Source: Vulcanimicrobiota bacterium (lineage in GTDB: Bacteria; Vulcanimicrobiota; Vulcanimicrobiia; Vulcanimicrobiales; Vulcanimicrobiaceae). From it: a stretch of DNA of 64,000 nt. Positions 58,636-64,000 of the stretch are shown here, one piece after another; the first letter of the stretch is position 1; each line of letters opens with the position of its first letter. The notes under the pieces were generated by a model. It made no database searches, was not told the DNA's origin, and was given only the letters and a program-made list of their open reading frames with translations. Both the position numbers and the translations under genes were made by a program. Location: contig CAWHWQ010000004.1 in assembly GCA_963833095.1 (NCBI GenBank), positions 32,001 to 96,000 on the forward strand. The letters are read 5' to 3'.

Positions 58636-59490
58636 ATGACGTGGGTGTACGAGATCCCTGCCTGGCTGGTGTGCATTCTCTTCATTGGCGGGATGAGCGC
58701 GCTCGCCGCGGCGGGCCTGCTGCTTGCGCGAGGCCGGCACACGGGCAAGTTTCGCGCCGGCGCCAATGACTTCGCCGGCCCGATCATGGCAACGCTCGGC
58801 ACGATTCTGGCCGTCATGCTCTCGTTCATGGTCGTGACCGTATGGCAAGAGTACGACCAATCGGCGCTGATCGTACAAACCGAAGCCGACGAGATCTCCA
58901 ATCTGTATCATGAGGCCTCGGTCTTTCCGCAGCCCTTGCGGAACCAACTCCATGCCGCCATCGAGAACTACGTGGACGTCGTCATCGATCGCGAGTGGCC
59001 ATTGATGCGCTCAGGTAAATCGAGCGCGATGGCGCATCGCGCCGCGGCCAACGTCGTCACGCTGATCGAATCGTTTAACCCAGTAACCTTGGGGCAGCAA
59101 ACGGCGCAAGCCGATGCGCTGCATCATGCGCATGCGTTCATGGACGCGCGGGGCAACCGCCTCTATCAAAATCAAGAGTCGGTACCGGCGCTGGTGTGGG
59201 TGATGCTGATCTTCATTGCCATCGTGACGCTCGGGTCCTCGTATTTTTTCTTCGTCGAGGACGCCCGCGCCCATATTCTGATGACCGCCGCCGTCGGCGC
59301 GGTTATCGGAGCGATCTTCGTCGTCATTGCCGAACTGGATCTCCCGTTTCGCGGCGATCTTCAAATTCCGCCGAGCGCGTTCACGCACGACTATACCACT
59401 TTCCTCGACGATCCCGTTCCGACGCCGACCCCGAAGGCATCCGCTAGCTCAGAATATTCACCGAGCGCGCCAAAACCAGCGCGACGGTAA
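58636..59490 (+). CDS. DUF4239 (bestrophin-like) membrane protein
   Basis: four TMs; AV.L.F.VV.VW..Y..A...V..EA; Y...VI..EWP.M; LD.PFRG. Confidence 0.8.
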   Translation: MTWVYEIPAWLVCILFIGGMSALAAAGLLLARGRHTGKFRAGANDFAGPIMATLGTILAVMLSFMVVTVWQEYDQSALIVQTEADEISNLYHEASVFPQPLRNQLHAAIENYVDVVIDREWPLMRSGKSSAMAHRAAANVVTLIESFNPVTLGQQTAQADALHHAHAFMDARGNRLYQNQESVPALVWVMLIFIAIVTLGSSYFFFVEDARAHILMTAAVGAVIGAIFVVIAELDLPFRGDLQIPPSAFTHDYTTFLDDPVPTPTPKASASSEYSPSAPKPARR

Positions 59491-60106
59491 CAAACGAAAT
59501 TAGTGACTCGCCTAGCATCAGCATCTTGGCTGTTCGCGTGATCGGCATGACGTCGGTCGGGCTGAAGGCCAACGCGTTGGTGAACGAAAGATAGAGATAG
59601 TCGAGAAACATCGGCTTCCAATTGTTCGGAATGCCTTTGATCCGCGTGCGATCCATCGACATCTGCGGGAACAGAAAATCGATCGAGGGGGTATCGCATG
59701 CTGAGGGAAACCGGTCGCGGTCGAACGGGCCGTCGCCGTCGAGCTCCCAGAACCACAGCGCAAAGATAATCACGTTGGTGATCCAAATCGCTCCGCCGGA
59801 CGAAAGTAGCTCTTGCGCGGTGAGGTTGGTGTGACCGGCCGCGTGTACGTTGAGGAGATCGTTGATCAGCAGCAAGACCGATGCGACGTTGAAAATATTG
59901 AGCGTGGCGACCAAGCCAATCGTAAGGGCGCGCATCACGTGTAGGTCTCGCGTCCGAGTCGGTATCATGGCGACGAGCGGTATTAAGAAGACGGCGACGA
60001 TGACCAGCACGACCCAAACCGGGCCGAGCACCAACTTGGGCGGCAAAATGAGGTTGAGCGCAACCGCAACGAGCACCGCAACCCGAGCCTGATATCGATC
60101 CTTCAC
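59444..60106 (-). CDS. DUF1345-like membrane protein
   Basis: W.TNVI.FALW.WELD..GP..R; DFLFPQ; W.P.F.DYLYLSFTN..AFSPTD.MP. Confidence 0.8.
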   Translation of the reverse strand: MKDRYQARVAVLVAVALNLILPPKLVLGPVWVVLVIVAVFLIPLVAMIPTRTRDLHVMRALTIGLVATLNIFNVASVLLLINDLLNVHAAGHTNLTAQELLSSGGAIWITNVIIFALWFWELDGDGPFDRDRFPSACDTPSIDFLFPQMSMDRTRIKGIPNNWKPMFLDYLYLSFTNALAFSPTDVMPITRTAKMLMLGESLISFVTVALVLARSVNILS

Positions 60107-60165
60107 GCGGCGTCGGTTCGAGCGCGCCCGGCAACCGCCTTCGGTCCTCACGCGTTCTAGGAAAT

Positions 60166-60519
60166 ATGGCTACTGATTTTCGAGACGGCAAGACCTTTCC
60201 ACGGCGCGGCCGCGATGCAATCGACGGCGTCCTGTGGCTCAAACGGGTCTCGGACAAGGCGCGTGCCGCTGCCGCCGGCACGATCTTCGACTACATCTAC
60301 CCCTGCCCCATGGATAAGGGCGTCATGGAACGCTGGGGCATCACGCCCGGCGAATTCGACGCTGCGATTTCGAAGCACGCAACCGATGCGGAGCTACTCG
60401 CGTGGCTGCGCAAGCGCGTTTCCCAAGACCGCGTCGAACGTGCAAACGAGTGGCTGCTGAACGAGAAAATTGAGAATCTCGATCGGCAAGATTCCGAGGA
60501 AGGAGTCGCAGTTGGCTGA
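60166..60519 (+). CDS. DUF5069-like protein
   Basis: PR......G..WL.R..DKARA...G....Y.YPCPMD. Confidence 0.75.
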   Translation: MATDFRDGKTFPRRGRDAIDGVLWLKRVSDKARAAAAGTIFDYIYPCPMDKGVMERWGITPGEFDAAISKHATDAELLAWLRKRVSQDRVERANEWLLNEKIENLDRQDSEEGVAVG

Positions 60520-60520
60520 G

Positions 60521-61201
60521 ATGATCGAGTTTCCGCGTCCGGACGGGAAGACCGCTCCTGGATATTACACGGCACCGCCCGGCGCGGCGAATGCGCCGGG
60601 AGTCGTGATGCTTGAAGAGTGGTGGGGCGTCACCGATCATATCAAACACACTGCCGACGAATTAGCGGCAGCCGGCTTTCGCGTGTTGATTCCGGACCTT
60701 TATCGCGGCCGCGTGGCCGCGGTCGGCGACGAAGCCAACCACCTCATGGAAGGTCTGGACTTTGGTGATGCGGCTACGCAAGACGCACGGGGCGCCGCGC
60801 AATATCTCAAATCGACCGGATCGAAAAAAGTCGGCGTCATCGGCTTTTGCATGGGCGGCGCGCTCGCCTTGCTAGGCGCGATGCACGATCCCGAGTTCGA
60901 CGCGGTAGTGACGTTCTATGGCTACCCTCCGCGCGAAGGTGGCGATGTCGGCACGATCAAGATCCCGGTGCAAGGGCACTGGGCGACGCGCGACGCGTTC
61001 TTTTCCATCGCCGGAGTCGATGCCATGGAAGCTCGGCTCAAAGAAGCAGGCGTGCCGTACGAATTCCATCGCTACGACGCGGAGCACGCGTTCCACAATC
61101 CCAACGAGCCCGGTCACGCCGGTCTCGGACACTACGATGCGGACCTCGCTAAGCTAGCCTGGGGGCGCGCTGTCGAATTCCTCAAATCGAAGCTCGCGTA
61201 G
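60521..61201 (+). CDS. dienelactone hydrolase family protein
   Basis: EWWG, PDLYRG, GFCMGG, AEHAF.N. Confidence 0.93.
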   Translation: MIEFPRPDGKTAPGYYTAPPGAANAPGVVMLEEWWGVTDHIKHTADELAAAGFRVLIPDLYRGRVAAVGDEANHLMEGLDFGDAATQDARGAAQYLKSTGSKKVGVIGFCMGGALALLGAMHDPEFDAVVTFYGYPPREGGDVGTIKIPVQGHWATRDAFFSIAGVDAMEARLKEAGVPYEFHRYDAEHAFHNPNEPGHAGLGHYDADLAKLAWGRAVEFLKSKLA

Positions 61202-62020
61202 CTACTTACTGAACAAAGTTCCGGCATTAATGGGCGCGCTGCGAAGCGCGCCCTGTTCAAGTCCCCACTTCTTCAGTAGTGCATCGTAGGTGCCGTCGGA
61301 AATCACTGCGTGAAGCGCGCTGACGATACGGGCGCGCAGGGCCGTGTTGCCCTTAGGCACGGCGATGCCGTAGGGCACGAGATCGAATTGGCGCCCAGCG
61401 ACCTCATATCGGTGATCGTTGGTTTTTGCAAGATAGGCAACCACGGGAAAATCGGTCACGTGCACGTCAGACTTGCCATCTTGAAACGCCGTGAACGCTT
61501 GGTCGTCGGTTGCGAACTCGATCAGCTTGATCGGCGCGAGACCGACGCTCGAGCAATGCTTCGAGGTTTCGTTCAGTTCGGTCTCTTGCGATGTGCCCCG
61601 CTGCACATCGACGCGCAATCCGCATAAGCCGCTCACGTCGAAGATGTGCTTCGGATTCCCCGCCGGCACGAGCATGCCGCTCCCCGCAAGCAGATAGTCC
61701 ACGAAATCGACTTGCGCTTCGCGCGCTCGCGTGTCCGAAATCGCCGAGATACCGACGTCGAAGGTGCCCATGCGCACCGCGTGGAGCAAACCGTCGAACG
61801 TGTAGTTGCTCATCACGACCGGCTCGCCAAGTTGTTTGGCGAGCGCCTGCGCCAGATCCACATCGAAGCCTTGCATGCGATGGCCCGGGCCATAGAACTC
61901 GAGCGGAGCATAAGAGACGTCGGAGCCGACTTTGAGCTCGCTGGAAGCTAGTGCGGTGGTGACGCTCAGACAAAACAGCGCCGCCACTATGGCGACGATC
62001 GTGCGTGAGAAACGTGTCAT
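61202..62020 (-). CDS. amino-acid ABC transporter substrate-binding protein (SBP family 3)
   Basis: signal peptide, YAPLEF, GFDVDL, T..RE..VDFV, DGTY..LL.KWG. Confidence 0.92.
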   Translation of the reverse strand: MTRFSRTIVAIVAALFCLSVTTALASSELKVGSDVSYAPLEFYGPGHRMQGFDVDLAQALAKQLGEPVVMSNYTFDGLLHAVRMGTFDVGISAISDTRAREAQVDFVDYLLAGSGMLVPAGNPKHIFDVSGLCGLRVDVQRGTSQETELNETSKHCSSVGLAPIKLIEFATDDQAFTAFQDGKSDVHVTDFPVVAYLAKTNDHRYEVAGRQFDLVPYGIAVPKGNTALRARIVSALHAVISDGTYDALLKKWGLEQGALRSAPINAGTLFSK

Positions 62021-62035
62021 GCACGGGTTATCGGC

Positions 62036-62069
62036 AAGACAAAGACCCGGCACATCTGCCGGGTCTTTT
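62036..62069 (-). terminator. intrinsic terminator of the tRNA operon (possibly bidirectional)
   Basis: aaagacccggca / tgccgggtcttt inverted repeat. Confidence 0.8.
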
Positions 62070-62075
62070 CCAGAA

Positions 62076-62151
62076 TGGTGCCAAGGGCCGGAATCGAACC
62101 GGCGACACCGCACTTTTCAGGCGCGTGCTCTACCGACTGAGCTACCTTGGC
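62076..62151 (-). tRNA. tRNA-Phe(GAA)
   Basis: GCCAAGG/CCTTGGC-ACCA; anticodon loop CTGAAAA. Confidence 0.96.
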
Positions 62152-62257
62152 ATATTGCCATCGCCACTCCGTGACGACCGCCATCCTGGCTTGGCAACAG
62201 CATCCGCTTCCTGCGGATGCATAGGGCGCTCTCGCTTGCGCGGAGCGCCCCTCGAAG
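62152..62257 (-). ncRNA. structured tRNA spacer with three GGA-loop hairpins (candidate CsrA-binding RNA)
   Basis: GCATCCGC-AGGAA-GCGGATGC; GCC-AGGAT-GGC; TCGTCAC-GGA-GTGGCGA. Confidence 0.45.
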
Positions 62258-62334
62258 TGGCGACGCTGATGGGGCTCGAACCCACGACCTCCGCCGTGAC
62301 AGGGCGGCGCTCTAACCAACTGAGCTACAGCGCC
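62258..62334 (-). tRNA. tRNA-Asp(GTC)
   Basis: GGCGCTG/CAGCGTC-GCCA; anticodon loop CTGTCAC. Confidence 0.96.
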
Positions 62335-62360
62335 ATGCCGGCGCTCCGAAGTTTAAAAAA

Positions 62361-62432
62361 TGGGCACGATAGGGCTCGAACCTATGACCCTCCGCGTGTG
62401 AAGCGGATGCTCTCCCACTGAGCTACGCGCCC
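62361..62432 (-). tRNA. tRNA-Val(CAC), CCA not encoded
   Basis: GGGCGCG/CGTGCCC-A; TCCGC-TTCACAC-GCGGA. Confidence 0.95.
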
Positions 62433-62531
62433 ATGACCGGCCCGCGACCGGCTCGCATGCATTGGACAAGCCGAGAGTTTATCCTACCCGGGGGCATGTT
62501 GTCTAGCCACCTCGGTCGAAACGGCCAGCCC

Positions 62532-62963
62532 ATGCTCGAAGGCTTTCCTCTCGTGACGCGTTTCACGATCCCGTTTTCCGACATCGACATGCTGCAGCAC
62601 GTCAACAATCTGGCGTACATTCGCTGGTGCGAAACGGTGCGCACCGAGTACTTTGCGACGGTCATGCGCTCGGATATCACCAGCGAACGCGGCATGATCC
62701 AAGCGAACATCAACTTCACCTACGAACGCCAACTCAAATTTCGCGAATCCATCGCGGTGGGCGTGCGGGTCTCGCGTCTTGGAACGAAATCACTCGATTT
62801 CAGCTATGAGATCTGGAGCGAAACGCAGGGCCATCGTGCGGCTCACGGCATCACCACCGTGGTTGCGTACGATTTCGTCAACCACCGCACGATCGAAATC
62901 CCGCAGGAGTGGCGCGAATGGATCGATGAGGCCGAGCGGGGCCCGCAACGCTCGTTCGTCTAG
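62532..62963 (+). CDS. acyl-CoA thioesterase (4HBT/YbgC family)
   Basis: F.DID.LQHVNN..Y..W.E..R. Confidence 0.9.
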   Translation: MLEGFPLVTRFTIPFSDIDMLQHVNNLAYIRWCETVRTEYFATVMRSDITSERGMIQANINFTYERQLKFRESIAVGVRVSRLGTKSLDFSYEIWSETQGHRAAHGITTVVAYDFVNHRTIEIPQEWREWIDEAERGPQRSFV

Positions 62964-63601
62964 AGCGTAAAGGCAACGATCGAGGTGGTCTTGGGATCGT
63001 TGCACCAGAAGCGTTGTCCGTCGTGCGCGAGTGAGATCGCTGCGAACGGCAGGGAAGCAACGACATCGACGCTATCTCCGTTCACCCGGCCGAGTTTTGG
63101 GCCGCCCTCTTTTCCGTACCAGAGCGACGCGTAGAGCCATCCGTCGACAAAGGTGATTCCGAGAATCTGCCCCCCAGCCGTAATCTCCCGACGAATGTTC
63201 GCGTTTGCGTCGAGTAAGAGGATGCGCCTGTTGAAGCGTTGGCTGAGCCAGAGTGACTCGCCGTCGTAAGCCAGAAATGATCCGGTGTCATCAGGACACG
63301 CGATCTTATCGCGCTCCTTGAAGCCGTGTCCGGGAATGTAACGCCTGATGAAGCGATGGTCGTCCTCGCCGCCCTCGCTCAGCACACCGCGCAGCTCTTC
63401 GCCGACGGCAACCAAGCTCACCGGCTTGCCCGGCGCGGGACGCTCCTCGAAGACAGTGAAGTGCGCGCGATCGATTCCGTAGATGCGCTGCGTCTCCCAT
63501 GAACCCATCCAGAGATGCTCGCCCGCGCACGCGAGCGCCTGAGGCGCTGGCGCCGGGGAGGGCATGCGCAGAACTTCTTCAATCGTCGTCGCTTGTTCCA
63601 T
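62960..63601 (-). CDS. hypothetical beta-propeller-like protein
   Basis: repeated LA.DG..LW-type blades. Confidence 0.6.
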   Translation of the reverse strand: MEQATTIEEVLRMPSPAPAPQALACAGEHLWMGSWETQRIYGIDRAHFTVFEERPAPGKPVSLVAVGEELRGVLSEGGEDDHRFIRRYIPGHGFKERDKIACPDDTGSFLAYDGESLWLSQRFNRRILLLDANANIRREITAGGQILGITFVDGWLYASLWYGKEGGPKLGRVNGDSVDVVASLPFAAISLAHDGQRFWCNDPKTTSIVAFTL

Positions 63602-63665
63602 GAGGCGCGCTTCGACTCGAGGTCACCGTCCCCCGCAGGTACGGTCCGCTCCCGGGAATAATCGT

Positions 63666-63694
63666 TTGACGCCGCCAGGGGCCTTTGCTATAGT
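63666..63694 (+). promoter_or_regulatory. sigma-70 promoter of tRNA-Val(GAC)
   Basis: TTGACG-N17-TATAGT with extended -10 TG. Confidence 0.85.
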
Positions 63695-63777
63695 CTTGCG
63701 AGCCCGAGGCGCATCTGCAGGATGCAGATGCTGTTTTCAAGCCACCAGGGCGGTCCCGCGAAGCGGAATGAAAATAC

Positions 63778-63852
63778 GTGCGTGTAGCTCAGTGGGAGAG
63801 CACCACCTTGACACGGTGGGGGTCGTAGGTTCAATCCCTACCACGCACACCA
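63778..63852 (+). tRNA. tRNA-Val(GAC)
   Basis: GTGCGTG/CACGCAC-ACCA; CCACC-TTGACAC-GGTGG. Confidence 0.96.
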
Positions 63853-64000
63853 TTTCATCGGTCCTTCGGACCGAACGACATCCTGTCTTGACATTCAGCG
63901 TCGCCTTCCAAGGGCGACACACCATTTCATCGGTCCTTCGGACCGAACGACATCCTGTCTTGACATTCAGCGTCGCCTTCCAAGGGCGACACACCATTTC
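63846..64000 (+). repeat. 72-bp perfect tandem repeat starting in the tRNA 3' end (2 full copies plus a partial third, runs off window)
   Basis: units at 63846-63917, 63918-63989 and 63990 onward. Confidence 0.95.

Noticed and set aside
58391..63852. Prophage or integrative element at the tRNA genes
   Set aside because: No integrase, transposase or phage genes, and no distal att duplication inside the window
63737..63997. 86-aa repetitive ORF on the minus strand
   Set aside because: It is the translation of the tandem repeat plus the antisense of tRNA-Val
63846..64000. CRISPR array
   Set aside because: Units are identical over the full 72 bp with no variable spacers, and there are no cas genes in the window

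Overview
GC-rich bacterial chromosome segment from a diderm organism. Gene content and protein style suggest Candidatus Eremiobacterota or another Terrabacteria-like lineage; this is inference only. 1-2.5 kb: end of a + strand operon (ATPase-like C-terminus, DUF11-like protein, GT2). 2.5-24.7 kb: minus-strand flagellar cluster (flgBC-fliE; flgFG-flgA-flgHIJ-flgNKL-fliW-csrA; flagellin; three glycosyltransferase-like genes; flaG-fliD-fliS-fliT-like) with recognisable sigma-28 promoters. 24.7-64 kb: mostly housekeeping genes (MsbA-like ABC transporter, photolyase, cytochrome c, ECF sigma/anti-sigma, moaA/moeB/moaDE, queG, phoU, hbd/crt/thiolase, Crp/Fnr, ada, coaD, rsmD, M16 peptidase, recG, panE) and six tRNAs. 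Two tracts (~34.8-39.9 kb and ~52.7-57.4 kb) are full of frameshifts that look like consensus errors. Most interesting signals: CsrB-like CAGGA(U/A)G hairpins in tRNA spacer/leader sequences in a window that encodes CsrA/FliW; a zinc anti-sigma factor fused to a TonB C-terminal domain; a structured SD-occluding leader before flgF; a dispersed covarying hairpin element; a 72-bp tandem repeat at the tRNA-Val 3' end; and apparently leaderless sigma-28 promoters.
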